This document shows positions 1 to 8,954 of a stretch of 64,000 nt of DNA, piece by piece (the first letter of the stretch is position 1; each line of letters opens with the position of its first letter). Both the position numbers and the translations under genes were made by a program. The notes below the pieces were generated by a model, which did no database searches, had not been told where the DNA came from, and saw only the letters and a program-made list of their open reading frames with translations. This stretch comes from Candidatus Woesebacteria bacterium RIFCSPLOWO2_01_FULL_39_23 (GTDB lineage Bacteria > Patescibacteriota > Microgenomatia > UBA8517): NCBI GenBank assembly GCA_001793095.1, contig MGHG01000005.1, positions 6,569 to 70,568 on the forward strand, given 5' to 3'.

Positions 1-1808
1 TCAATTTCCTTCCTGTGGCTTTTTACAACAGACGCAGCATTTTTATAAGCTACTTCTACGAGCTTTCTAATTTCATTATCAACCTTTTCCTGCATCGCAG
101 GAGAAATCTGTCCCGGTTCGTACCACTGTGTTTTACCCATTTCATCAACATCATACTGCGGTCCCAAGCTGATTGGTCCGAGGTCACTCATGCCATATTC
201 CACAACCATAGCACGGGCAAGTCGAGTTGCCTGCTCGATATCATTAGATGCTCCCGAGGTCATTTCGTTAAATACTTCTTCCTCAGCAGCCCGTCCGCCC
301 AACATGGCAGTTATTTGTTGCAGCATTCTGCTTTTAGTTTCGTGCGTCCGATCAGCTGCCGGAGGAATAAGCGTATGTCCCAAGCTCATACCACGGGCAA
401 CAATTGATATTCGCTGCACGGGATCCATCTTGGGCAAAAAGTGTGTAACTATCGCGTGTCCCGCTTCATGATAAGCAGTAATTTTTTTATCCTCTTCGCT
501 TTGCAATCTCTTTTTAGCAGGACCTAACTTCACTTTTGTAGCTGCTTCTTCAATATCCGCCGCTTCAATTTCTTTTTTATCTGCCCTTGCTGCGTGAATG
601 GCCGCTTCGTTAAGCATATTTTCTAAATCAGCTCCTGAAAAACCGACAGTGCGATCGGCAACACTTCCCCATTTAATATGGCCTGCAAACTTTTTACCTT
701 TAGCGTGAATTTTAAGTATTGCCTCCCGGCCTTCTTTATCAGGCATATCGAGCATCACGCGCCTGTCAAAACGACCGGGTCTCAAAAGTGCAGGATCAAG
801 TAAATCTCCTCTATTAGTTGCAGCAACAACTACAACATTATCGTTAGGCGTAAAACCATCCATCTCAACCAATATCTGATTCAACGTTTGTTCACGCTCA
901 TCATGTCCACCAATGAAACCACGACCGCGTTGTCGGCCTATGGCATCAATCTCGTCGATAAAAATTATTGACGGTGCTTGAGTCTTAGCAGTTGCAAAAA
1001 GGTCACGTACACGACTTGCTCCTACCCCAACCAACATTTCCATAAATTCCGACCCCGCCATTGAGAAAAAGGGCACCCCCGCCTCTCCCGCTACTGCCCG
1101 TGCAAGCAACGTTTTTCCGACTCCTGCAGGACCAAATAAAATTACTCCTTTTGGCGTTCTTGCGCCAATCTTTCGGTATTTTGCAGGATTCTTTAAAAAG
1201 TCGACAATTTCTTCCAACTCCTTCTTTGCTTCGTCTACTCCGGCAACATCGGTAAAGGTTACATTTTGTTTACCCTTAGCAAAAAGTTTTGCCCGCGACC
1301 TACCAAAAGAAAAGATATCCTGCGCGCCTTTATTTTGCGCCCGCATAATCATTAAAAAGAAAACAGCCATTAAACCCAAGGGGAGAACAATGCCTAATAT
1401 TTCGCCTGCAACTTTTGAAAGCGACTGGTCTACCACTGTGTATTTAACGGATGAAGGTTCAATACCTTCCTTGTCAAGAAGTTCTGCAAAACTCTCACCA
1501 GCTTCTTTGGTAGTAATTTTCGCAGTTCCGTCATTATAAGTAAGGACCAACTTTTCATTTTGGACTGTCACTTCGCTAACCTTCCCCTCTTTTATGTCCG
1601 TTAGTGCCTGAGAGATTTCGAGCTTTTGACTCAAATTTTGAACCTCAAAGATGGAAAGGAGGAAGGGAGCAAAAAAAATAAATAGAATAATCGCAATAAT
1701 TACCTTCCACAGGTTTATCCTAAGCTTTATTTCGACTCTTTTTTTAGTTTTGCCTTTATTTTTACCGGTTATTTTTTTAAACGGTAATTTCTTTGTAATA
1801 GAATCCAT
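1..1808 (-). CDS. ftsH: ATP-dependent zinc metalloprotease FtsH (C-terminus truncated by window edge)
   Basis: Minus-strand translation from ATG at 1808-1806 reads MDSITKK..., with an N-terminal TM segment, AAA+ Walker A GPAGVGKT, the [11 protein letters not shown] motif, and the HEAGHAIV zinc-binding motif. The frame stays open to position 1. The listed plus-strand ORFs in this span are antisense junk. Confidence 0.9.
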   Translation of the reverse strand, partial: MDSITKKLPFKKITGKNKGKTKKRVEIKLRINLWKVIIAIILFIFFAPFLLSIFEVQNLSQKLEISQALTDIKEGKVSEVTVQNEKLVLTYNDGTAKITTKEAGESFAELLDKEGIEPSSVKYTVVDQSLSKVAGEILGIVLPLGLMAVFFLMIMRAQNKGAQDIFSFGRSRAKLFAKGKQNVTFTDVAGVDEAKKELEEIVDFLKNPAKYRKIGARTPKGVILFGPAGVGKTLLARAVAGEAGVPFFSMAGSEFMEMLVGVGASRVRDLFATAKTQAPSIIFIDEIDAIGRQRGRGFIGGHDEREQTLNQILVEMDGFTPNDNVVVVAATNRGDLLDPALLRPGRFDRRVMLDMPDKEGREAILKIHAKGKKFAGHIKWGSVADRTVGFSGADLENMLNEAAIHAARADKKEIEAADIEEAATKVKLGPAKKRLQSEEDKKITAYHEAGHAIVTHFLPKMDPVQRISIVARGMSLGHTLIPPAADRTHETKSRMLQQITAMLGGRAAEEEVFNEMTSGASNDIEQATRLARAMVVEYGMSDLGPISLGPQYDVDEMGKTQWYEPGQISPAMQEKVDNEIRKLVEVAYKNAASVVKSHRKEI

Positions 1809-1935
1809 AAAATATAACTAATAACTCATAACTGATAACTTATTGCGACAACAGAATTATAACATGCAAATCAGTAGAAAGTAGAACGGAGAAGATAGTT
1901 TGGGAAATTGCTTGCTACTTGCTACTAGCTGCTCA

Positions 1936-2349
1936 CTACATTATTTTCGTTCCATCCGGAACGTTCTCTTTCGGTATTAGTAAGACTGGCGGTGTTGTTT
2001 CACTTGCCTCGCCGCCAGGCGGGTCATCCTTTTCTACAACCATCAGCATCATGCCCTCGCTTATATCACCCTCCGGACCGATCTTTTTCGGTTCCAAATT
2101 AATAATAAAAGGAAACTGCTTCCCTTCCAAATCCTGGGGTTTATAAAACTTCATTATTCCTGAAAATACGACAATTGTATTTTTTTGTCGTCCAAAGCGA
2201 GCAGGGTGAGTCGAAGGATCGTTCTCTAGAGGCCCTATATCTACGGTAAGTTTCATTACCCAATGGCTCCATTCCGGCACTTCAGCCTTAACGACAGTTC
2301 CTATTCTGATATCTAATTTTTGGAATTCACCAATACTTATATCTGACAC
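1936..2349 (-). CDS. tRNA-binding domain protein (CsaA/Trbp111/EMAP-like)
   Basis: 137 aa; LDIRIGTVVKAEV...IVVFSGI pattern typical of the tRNA-binding OB-fold found at the MetRS C-terminus and in CsaA. Confidence 0.55.
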   Translation of the reverse strand: MSDISIGEFQKLDIRIGTVVKAEVPEWSHWVMKLTVDIGPLENDPSTHPARFGRQKNTIVVFSGIMKFYKPQDLEGKQFPFIINLEPKKIGPEGDISEGMMLMVVEKDDPPGGEASETTPPVLLIPKENVPDGTKIM

Positions 2350-2395
2350 ACTGAAGTAAATATAACTAATTAATTAACTTTATTAAAGAAGATAT

Positions 2396-2725
2396 TTACC
2401 GTTGATTCGGTTTTCTAACTCCATTCCTTATGCTCAAAACGAAATTATCGCTTAGTGTGTGAGGAGGTCTAGTAAGATTTTCTAATGTTCTTTTAATATC
2501 TCTTGAAACTAAACCATCTGTACCTTTAATAATCAAGCGCAAAACATTACCTACTTCGCTTGATTCTAGATCTACGCCATCGACTCTAATTCCTCCCCGG
2601 GCATCTTTTATTACTGCTCGTTTTAATAAACTATTGATTACAATTTTTCCTGCACCCTCTGTCTTAGTTTTTATTACTCTCTCAACCATGTTTGATATAT
2701 TATTATAGGAGAAACTTATTGTCAA
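2396..2725 (-). CDS. hypothetical protein
   Basis: 109-aa ORF with compact spacing to trpS; no recognisable motif. Confidence 0.35.
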   Translation of the reverse strand: MTISFSYNNISNMVERVIKTKTEGAGKIVINSLLKRAVIKDARGGIRVDGVDLESSEVGNVLRLIIKGTDGLVSRDIKRTLENLTRPPHTLSDNFVLSIRNGVRKPNQR

Positions 2726-2729
2726 TTCT

Positions 2730-3737
2730 TTAAAGGAGTCCCATCTTTTCTTTAACCTCTTTTAAGGTTTGACCTGCGATATCCCGAGCTTTCTTTGCAC
2801 TTTCCTGAATCACATTGTCAACATAAAACTCGTCCTTTTCCAGCTCAGTGCGTCTTTTTTGTATCGGTCCCAGTTCTTTATAAATCGCTTCAGCAAGTTC
2901 CGACTTTAATTCGGAATATTTTATTCCATCAGAAGTATATTGCTTCTTATAATCTTCTTTCTTTTCTATCGTTTCGAAAAGTTCAACTAATGCAAATAAA
3001 CTTGCAACTCCTCCTGTTTCGGGGATTTTATCTCCTCTTCCAGAATCCGTCGGAACCTTAGCTAACTTCTCTCGTATCTCGTTTTGTGTATCACTTAAAA
3101 GTATATAGCTTCCCTCGACGCTCTTACTCATCTTTCCCTCCCCTGTTAGTGAGGGTACATAGTGACCTTCAGTTTTAAACTGATCGGGTTCGGGAAAATC
3201 TAACTCATACTTCTCATTCATCTTTCTTGCCACCTCGCGCGTGACTTCCAAATGTGGAAGCTGGTCGTCACCAACGGGTACTGCATTAGCCTTGTAAATT
3301 AAAATATCCGAAGCCATTAAAACCGGATAGTACAAAAGCGCCATATTTACGTCATCCGGATACTGTTTTATCTTCTCTTTATAAGTCGGTAAATGCAGCA
3401 TTCTTGCAACTGTCAGTTCTGTTGCAAAAAGATATGATAACTCGATATGCTCTGGAATATGGGATTGGACAAATATTGTAGACTTTGACGGATCAAGCCC
3501 GGCGGCTAAATAATCCAACACAACGTGCCTGATATTTTTCTTTAAATCCTCGGGCTTATAGGGAACGTTTATCGAGTGGAGATCAGCAACCATATAAAAG
3601 GTTTCAAAATCAGGATTTTCCTGCAATGCTAGCATGCCCTTGATTGCACCAAGGTAATTACCTAGATGCAGCCTCGAATTGGCTCTAATCCCCGACAGAA
3701 CACGCTTTCGGGTATTTGTTCTAATATTGTCTTTCAT
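2730..3737 (-). CDS. trpS: tryptophanyl-tRNA synthetase
   Basis: 335 aa; class I aaRS signatures: HIGH-like SGIRANSRLHLGNY and KMSKS; length and motifs typical of TrpRS. Confidence 0.85.
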   Translation of the reverse strand: MKDNIRTNTRKRVLSGIRANSRLHLGNYLGAIKGMLALQENPDFETFYMVADLHSINVPYKPEDLKKNIRHVVLDYLAAGLDPSKSTIFVQSHIPEHIELSYLFATELTVARMLHLPTYKEKIKQYPDDVNMALLYYPVLMASDILIYKANAVPVGDDQLPHLEVTREVARKMNEKYELDFPEPDQFKTEGHYVPSLTGEGKMSKSVEGSYILLSDTQNEIREKLAKVPTDSGRGDKIPETGGVASLFALVELFETIEKKEDYKKQYTSDGIKYSELKSELAEAIYKELGPIQKRRTELEKDEFYVDNVIQESAKKARDIAGQTLKEVKEKMGLL

Positions 3738-4366
3738 AACTGTTTAATTATTCTCGCTTTTAATCCATAACAATTATATGAGTTTTTTCCTGCAAAAAGT
3801 GGGATAAATCCCTCGCGACATTTAATAAAGTTTTTATACTTACCTTGTTTATCAATCTTACCAAAAACTTCATATAATGTAACTCTCTTTACGCTCGGTT
3901 TATTTAAATTGCTAACTATTCGTATTGTATTTTTAATGGACTTGAAAGAAAAATGCTTTCCTACCTCAACAGACACCCCAGCAAAATAATCTATAAGTGA
4001 ATAGCCTTTCTTAATGTTATATTTCATAAATACAATTTTCGGAATTCCCAGCGTTGAGGCAAATGGTATCATTTTTTTGTCTACAACAATGACAAAAGCT
4101 TCATTCATTGATTGATTTGTATGCAAGTCTATTACTAATTTATTTTTATCTAATCTTCTAACTAATTTTTTTGCCAGTCTTTCCTCATAGGACATACCCG
4201 AAGTACCAAAAGAAGCATTCAAATCTTTTTCAATAAATCTTACATTTTTTGCTAATGCTAAAGTATTGGCAACCACTTGTTCCTCGTTTATACTTGCAAG
4301 CGCAATTATGGGAAGTTTTTCATCTCCGTGTAAACCAGTAACAAATTGAATTTTATTCATAATCAT
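3734..4366 (-). CDS. succinylglutamate desuccinylase/aspartoacylase (AstE/AspA) family zinc hydrolase
   Basis: 210 aa; GLHGDE and DLH metal-ligand motifs of the AstE_AspA deacylase family; stop overlaps the upstream gene start (4-nt overlap). Confidence 0.5.
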   Translation of the reverse strand: MIMNKIQFVTGLHGDEKLPIIALASINEEQVVANTLALAKNVRFIEKDLNASFGTSGMSYEERLAKKLVRRLDKNKLVIDLHTNQSMNEAFVIVVDKKMIPFASTLGIPKIVFMKYNIKKGYSLIDYFAGVSVEVGKHFSFKSIKNTIRIVSNLNKPSVKRVTLYEVFGKIDKQGKYKNFIKCREGFIPLFAGKNSYNCYGLKARIIKQL

Positions 4367-5442
4367 CCTTTCTTATTTATTCTCGCCGTTAGTCTTAGAG
4401 ATGGTAAATCAATAAATCTAACGGCATCTTTTTCTCCTTCAATTTCAGTAGATTGAGGATTATAGTTTAAAGTTACTTCGGCTTCAATTTTAGAAAGTTC
4501 GTTGTGAGTTTTAAATTCACAGGCAGCCATGATAAGTGCCGGACATGTTCCACCAAGTCTTCCAGTAATATCCGTAATTCCGCTTAGCGAATCCTCCTTG
4601 CTTGTCTTTCCAAACAAACAATCATAACTGATTCTTGATATTGATGGATTGAAATAGGAATAAAACTGATCAAATTTTTGTGATTTTATAATAGCAATTT
4701 CTTCGTTTCTATTATTAGCAATTGCTGACAAATTACTAATATTTCCCCGAACAACTCTAATTTTTGCCCCCATATATCTATCTCTGCCATCCTCCGGAGC
4801 AACATCATTCTTTTGAAGAGCGAGAAAGCTATATCTTTCCCCTTGCAAATCACAGTAACCAACGGAGATTGTATTTTGGTCATACAAATTTACCTCTAAC
4901 ACGAGTCCTTCTGTAGATATTTTTTCCTCTTGTAATTTATTTATTACAGTTCTTAATTCCGTTTGGTTCTCTACAGTAAACTGGTCCCTACCATCTGACT
5001 CATTGGGAATTTTTATCCTAACAGCTCGAGATACATACCCAATCTCTTTGTATGCTTTTTCTATACCCTCTTTCGAAAAAACCGTAACACCAGGTAAAAC
5101 CAAATCTTCCACTATCTTAGAAAAATTAACCGAGTAAAAATCGGGTGTATTTACTGTATTTGTTTTATGAAGAATTGCTTTATGTACATGACCTATTTTG
5201 TCAATTAATAATCCATAGAAATCATTTTTATCATTTATACCTTTTAAGTGAGAAAGTCCTCTAACTTGAGTTACGGGCGGGACATAGTATACGTTCATGT
5301 TATTTTTATCAATTTCTTCTTTTTCATCAACATAATCTACACCAAAGTAATTAGCTATATATTTAGCAACTAGGCCATTTCTGCCTCGATAATAATTCCT
5401 ATAAGGCAAAGTCGTTGTAACACCCTCTAAATCGAGCTTCAC
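4363..5442 (-). CDS. hypothetical protein, possibly ATP-grasp-like, translationally coupled to the AstE/AspA-like gene
   Basis: 359-aa ORF with 4-nt overlap to the downstream deacylase gene; no unambiguous motif, and the ATP-grasp assignment is a guess from spacing of Gly-rich and acidic segments. Confidence 0.4.
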   Translation of the reverse strand: MKLDLEGVTTTLPYRNYYRGRNGLVAKYIANYFGVDYVDEKEEIDKNNMNVYYVPPVTQVRGLSHLKGINDKNDFYGLLIDKIGHVHKAILHKTNTVNTPDFYSVNFSKIVEDLVLPGVTVFSKEGIEKAYKEIGYVSRAVRIKIPNESDGRDQFTVENQTELRTVINKLQEEKISTEGLVLEVNLYDQNTISVGYCDLQGERYSFLALQKNDVAPEDGRDRYMGAKIRVVRGNISNLSAIANNRNEEIAIIKSQKFDQFYSYFNPSISRISYDCLFGKTSKEDSLSGITDITGRLGGTCPALIMAACEFKTHNELSKIEAEVTLNYNPQSTEIEGEKDAVRFIDLPSLRLTARINKKG

Positions 5443-6129
5443 TGAAGATTTCGAGCCAAACTAACCCCCGTCCTTCGGCTGCACTCAGGATCTTGGACCC
5501 TGTGACAGACTCAGAACTAGAGGCTCCTTTCCCTACAATCCCTCTAAATTGATCTAATTCTTGTTTTCCCATATTTACTCTCTGTTTTACTACACTACTA
5601 CGTAGTGATGTAGTAAAATCTTGTTAAACAACAAATAGAGCCCTTGCAAAACCACCAAAAAATGATGATCTTACAAGGGCCCTTTCGACTTTGCTCAAGA
5701 CTATAGCCTTCTGGGTGTGCCACCCTGTTTTGTCGACTTATTCCAGTTACCCTCCTTATTTTCGCACTCAGCTTTTAAGTTTTATTCAAACACGCTTCGT
5801 GCCAAAATTATCGGAGGGTTGTGTACTATTTTAAGAACTCAAGGTACACAAAAAATCCCGATCAAATCGGGACTCATCTTAAATAAGCAAACCTTATTCT
5901 TGACGAGCTCCACTTCGATTACATTCAATGTAAACGTTACGACACTCGTTGCAGTCTTATTACGGTTTCGCCTCCGTCGCATATTTTTGCGCTCCTTGTC
6001 TCGCCTTAGCTTTACGCGTAGGCGGACGACCCAGTTCCAACCCTCTGGATCAAAGGATTTATTAAATTATGAATGAATGATATCAAAACAAAAATTAAAA
6101 AGCAAATCGAAGCTAAAGGGAAGAAAATA

Positions 6130-6357
6130 CTATTCGATCTTATTAAGAACGTTCATTAAATATTCATCAGTAACCTCAATGCTTGAAACTACACTACCAT
6201 CAACACCCCTAACAGGCATAAATCCATCGCCGTTTGATCCGAACACTAACGGCCTAGCAATAGCCAATCTCCTATTCCTATTTTTTTCTGACAGGTTTTC
6301 GGTTGGAATACCTCCTAAGGCCTGAATAGCTAGTTCTTGAGCTTCTTTACTTAGCAT
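6130..6357 (-). CDS. hypothetical small protein
   Basis: 75-aa ORF with plausible composition (MLSKEAQELAIQALGG...). Confidence 0.3.
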   Translation of the reverse strand: MLSKEAQELAIQALGGIPTENLSEKNRNRRLAIARPLVFGSNGDGFMPVRGVDGSVVSSIEVTDEYLMNVLNKIE

Positions 6358-6440
6358 AAATCTGTAACAATAGAGGTAATTATATAATTAAAATAACTAT
6401 TTGATAAGAAGCCAAAAAGAAGAAATAAGCTTTATTCTCT

Positions 6441-6743
6441 CTATTCAATCTTTGGTATTTTCACTATTGCTTTTGTTCCCGGACCTGCAGGTTTACCCTT
6501 ATTCGTAAAAGTGTTGTCCAGTTCAACTATAATATATAGATCATCCGGGCTCTGTTCTGCTTTCAATTTACCCGCTACCCGCTCTGCAGTATCTTCAGCA
6601 TTAGAGATTATTCTGCCGTCTTTAGTTACACCTCGCCTGTAATTACCAATAAATACCGTTCCCACTGGTAGGTCATAAAACTCCCGAAGTCTTTTAAAAA
6701 TTAGGTCACTCTCTTGTTCGAGTTTCGACTTCTCGGGCGTCAT
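6441..6743 (-). CDS. hypothetical protein
   Basis: 100-aa ORF, non-repetitive composition. Confidence 0.35.
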   Translation of the reverse strand: MTPEKSKLEQESDLIFKRLREFYDLPVGTVFIGNYRRGVTKDGRIISNAEDTAERVAGKLKAEQSPDDLYIIVELDNTFTNKGKPAGPGTKAIVKIPKIE

Positions 6744-6798
6744 AGAAAGATATTATAACACGATGTTTCGAAGCTAAAGGGAAGAAAAAAGTTTTAAT

Positions 6799-6999
6799 TT
6801 ACTTCTTGTTTAACTTTGTGGGTTCTATTTTCACTGAGGTCTCTATTATAACAACTTCACTTTTCCCAACTTCCGAAGGTAGGCGTTGAACTATTCTTTC
6901 TTTACTACTTATAATTCCGATCCTGTGAAGATGATATTTCTCCACAAGTCTTACTTCCCCTCCCCTTCCTGCAATCTTTCTTATTAAATTCATCACCAT
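6799..6999 (-). CDS. hypothetical small protein (KOW-like?)
   Basis: 66-aa ORF just upstream of the tRNA cluster on the same strand. Confidence 0.3.
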   Translation of the reverse strand: MVMNLIRKIAGRGGEVRLVEKYHLHRIGIISSKERIVQRLPSEVGKSEVVIIETSVKIEPTKLNKK

Positions 7000-7131
7000 G
7001 AGTGCCAGCGATTGGGATCGACCTACTAATCTTAGCTTTCGGCTTCAGGAACTATTCGTTCACGCCTCTAGCTGCGATTTCAGAAGGGTCAGCCTTTGGC
7101 TGAAACCCTTCACGATTATAAATTTGTCTTG

Positions 7132-7204
7132 TGTCAGCGGGTGGATTCGAACCACCGGCCGCTGCGTTATGAATGCAGTGCTCTAACCACTGAGCTACGC
7201 TGAC
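7132..7204 (-). tRNA. tRNA with CAU anticodon (Met, or Ile2 if lysidinylated); CCA not encoded
   Basis: Minus-strand read GTCAGCG TA GCTC AGTGGTTA GAGC A CTGCA TTCATAA CGCAG CGGCC GGTGG TTCGAAT CCACC CGCTGAC A. The cloverleaf is canonical with a 7-bp acceptor and TTCGAAT T-loop; 31:39 is an A-C mismatch. Confidence 0.8.
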
Positions 7205-7205
7205 A

Positions 7206-7291
7206 AACTTGAACTCTGAATGATGCGCTCCCCGCCTGCAGTACACTATGCGTAAGCATTACGGGCAAGTACCACTGAGCTATACTGGCGC
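7206..7291 (-). other. tRNA-like 5' fragment (acceptor strand + D-arm only) fused directly upstream of tRNA(CAU)
   Basis: Minus strand reads GCGCCAG TA TAGCTCAGTGGTA followed by about 60 nt that cannot be folded into anticodon and T arms. No matching 3' acceptor strand found. Confidence 0.4.
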
Positions 7292-7308
7292 GTCGAGTTT
7301 ATATTTTA

Positions 7309-7992
7309 CTACAATCGTGTTTGCAATCTCAAACCTTCGATATAACCTTGAATTTTCCTTAAAAAATCTTTACTTTTAAGAACTTTAACTCGTAATAAAC
7401 CATAATATTCATCGGGATGATCGTATATTTTTTTCCACTTCACATTCTGAAAATAGGGTTTTCTAAAATTATTAAGTGGAATATTTGTTAAGTCAGACCA
7501 ATGTCTTTCAATCTCTCTGATCCTAGATCGATGACTGTCATTAAGGGTTACACGTACAGTAAGATCGTTATAGTTATAATTAAAACATTTACTTAACCAT
7601 ATCAAAAACAAATTAATCATTGTTGGATCTGAATTAGCAAATCCAGCCTGACTATCTTTTTTAAAACCCTCGCTCCAATAGAGAGCTATTCCCACCAAAA
7701 ACAGCTCCCTTTTAGACAATAAGCCAACTTCGTTAATCCCCTTTCGTTTTAACTCCTCAACTTTCTTATTAGTTTGTAATTTTATATGATTTATATAATC
7801 TAAACGTTTACCATATAGAGGATCTCTTGCATGACTTTCTAAAACTTTGTATTGCTCTTGGGTTAGAATAATATCCCTTGTCCAAAGACTAACAGAACTT
7901 GTTGATACATTTAATTTTTTTGCTATATATTTAATGCTTAACCCTTTTTTTCTTAAATTTATAGCTTCAATTTTTTTCTGAGATTTTGCCAT
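7309..7992 (-). CDS. HTH-domain protein with LAGLIDADG-like motif (homing-endonuclease-like), paralog 1
   Basis: 227 aa; N-terminal HTH (LRKKGLSIKYIAKKLNVSTSSVSLWTRDI). Central LVGIALYWSEG resembles a single LAGLIDADG motif, followed by the conserved GFANSDP box. Paralogous to 55051..55770. Confidence 0.5.
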   Translation of the reverse strand: MAKSQKKIEAINLRKKGLSIKYIAKKLNVSTSSVSLWTRDIILTQEQYKVLESHARDPLYGKRLDYINHIKLQTNKKVEELKRKGINEVGLLSKRELFLVGIALYWSEGFKKDSQAGFANSDPTMINLFLIWLSKCFNYNYNDLTVRVTLNDSHRSRIREIERHWSDLTNIPLNNFRKPYFQNVKWKKIYDHPDEYYGLLRVKVLKSKDFLRKIQGYIEGLRLQTRL

Positions 7993-8032
7993 GTATACGA
8001 GTATTATTGTACCATACGGTCAAGTATTATTC

Positions 8033-8061
8033 TTGATTATTTTTTATACAGCAGCTATAAT
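8033..8061 (+). promoter_or_regulatory. sigma70-like promoter for tmRNA
   Basis: TTGATT (8033-8038), a 17-nt spacer, then TATAAT (8056-8061), about 28 nt upstream of the mature tmRNA 5' end; consistent with an RNase P-processed leader. Confidence 0.5.
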
Positions 8062-8089
8062 CATAACGTTCATTAATATATCAATACAT

Positions 8090-8424
8090 GCGGGGTAGTG
8101 TACGGCTGCACGGAAGGCTCGAAGTAATTGGGCCCTCAGATAAGAAATTATTATGAGTGAATTTGGTCACGGTACCATGTAGTACGTGATCGTGCGCTAA
8201 ATAGTGCGCGACTATATCGGTGAAACCTAAGTGGTAAGTATAAGCGGAATCATAAGGTAACGCCGAGGAAAGATCCTGAATAAAATTGAAGGAAATCCGT
8301 AGAGACTATACGCCAAATACCTAAACTATATTTAGAATGGTAAAGACATAGTCCGATACTCCGGGAAACCGGAGAAATTTTTAAGCATAATCTTCCAGGC
8401 TGGGTTCGACTCCCAGCCCCGCAA
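8090..8424 (+). ncRNA. ssrA: tmRNA (SsrA)
   Basis: 5' UGCGGGGU pairs with 3' ...GCCCCGCA across about 335 nt. The 3' end is a tRNA-like T-arm, CTGGG TTCGACT CCCAG, plus acceptor strand, discriminator A, and no encoded CCA. The 5' region GGCUCGAAG resembles the conserved tmRNA GGAUUCGACG box. No D-arm is present. Tag reading frame not resolved. Confidence 0.6.
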
Positions 8425-8429
8425 CACAT

Positions 8430-8475
8430 TCGACTCGCTTCGCTCGCTCAGTGCGAGCCGAGGAGAATGTGTGCT
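8430..8475 (+). terminator. hairpin cluster downstream of tmRNA
   Basis: CACATTC...GAATGTGTG long-range inverted repeat enclosing the GCTCGC TCAGT GCGAGC hairpin. Confidence 0.35.
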
Positions 8476-8559
8476 GAGCCCGTCGGAGCTCGACTTATTC
8501 GCTCCATTTCAATTACTATTGAAATGTCCACTTAACCAAGTCGGCTCCTCCTCTCAAAA

Positions 8560-8853
8560 TTGCATAGCAATTTTGAATTAACTGCTATACTACTCCCAAT
8601 GAAATCCGAATACGATCTTTACGGTGCCAGAAGGAAGGAAGATGAAGAGAAGTGGTTAAAATTAGTTAACTACTATCTTGACTCACTGGAATCCGGAAGA
8701 AAGATAAAACTAAAAGATGCTGCTGAAGCATCCGGTTATACTCCTAATTCAGCCTCTAACCAACTAAAAAAGATCAGAAGAGAAATAAATAAAAATAAAC
8801 TCGTTCTTACAAGAGATGGTAAGTTCATCGAACCGTCAGAAAAAATAACTTAA
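8560..8853 (+). CDS. hypothetical protein
   Basis: 97-aa ORF downstream of ssrA; charged C-terminus (KKIRREINKNK). Confidence 0.35.
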   Translation: MHSNFELTAILLPMKSEYDLYGARRKEDEEKWLKLVNYYLDSLESGRKIKLKDAAEASGYTPNSASNQLKKIRREINKNKLVLTRDGKFIEPSEKIT

Positions 8854-8954
8854 TCCATCCCAGCACATTCTTCCCACTCGTCTTTCCTGCCTACCGGCAG
8901 GTCAGTTTTAGCCAAACTCGGCTCGTAGAGCTAATAATCGGGATTGTTTGTTAT

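Noticed and set aside
15-1255. Plus-strand ORFs 15..407, 190..471, 1061..1255
   Set aside because: They are antisense to the clearly identifiable FtsH frame on the minus strand; low-complexity composition.
5700-6080. tmRNA or RNase P RNA on the minus strand of the long intergenic region
   Set aside because: No tRNA-like 3' end, no 5' GGGG/acceptor pairing, and no P4 consensus; similarity was superficial.
8090-8424. Alternative reading of the tmRNA locus as an intron-containing tRNA or RNase P RNA
   Set aside because: No D-arm follows the 5' acceptor strand, the GGCUCGAAG box is tmRNA-like, and no RNase P P4 motifs (GGAAAGUCCGG / ACAGAACCCGGCUUA) are present.
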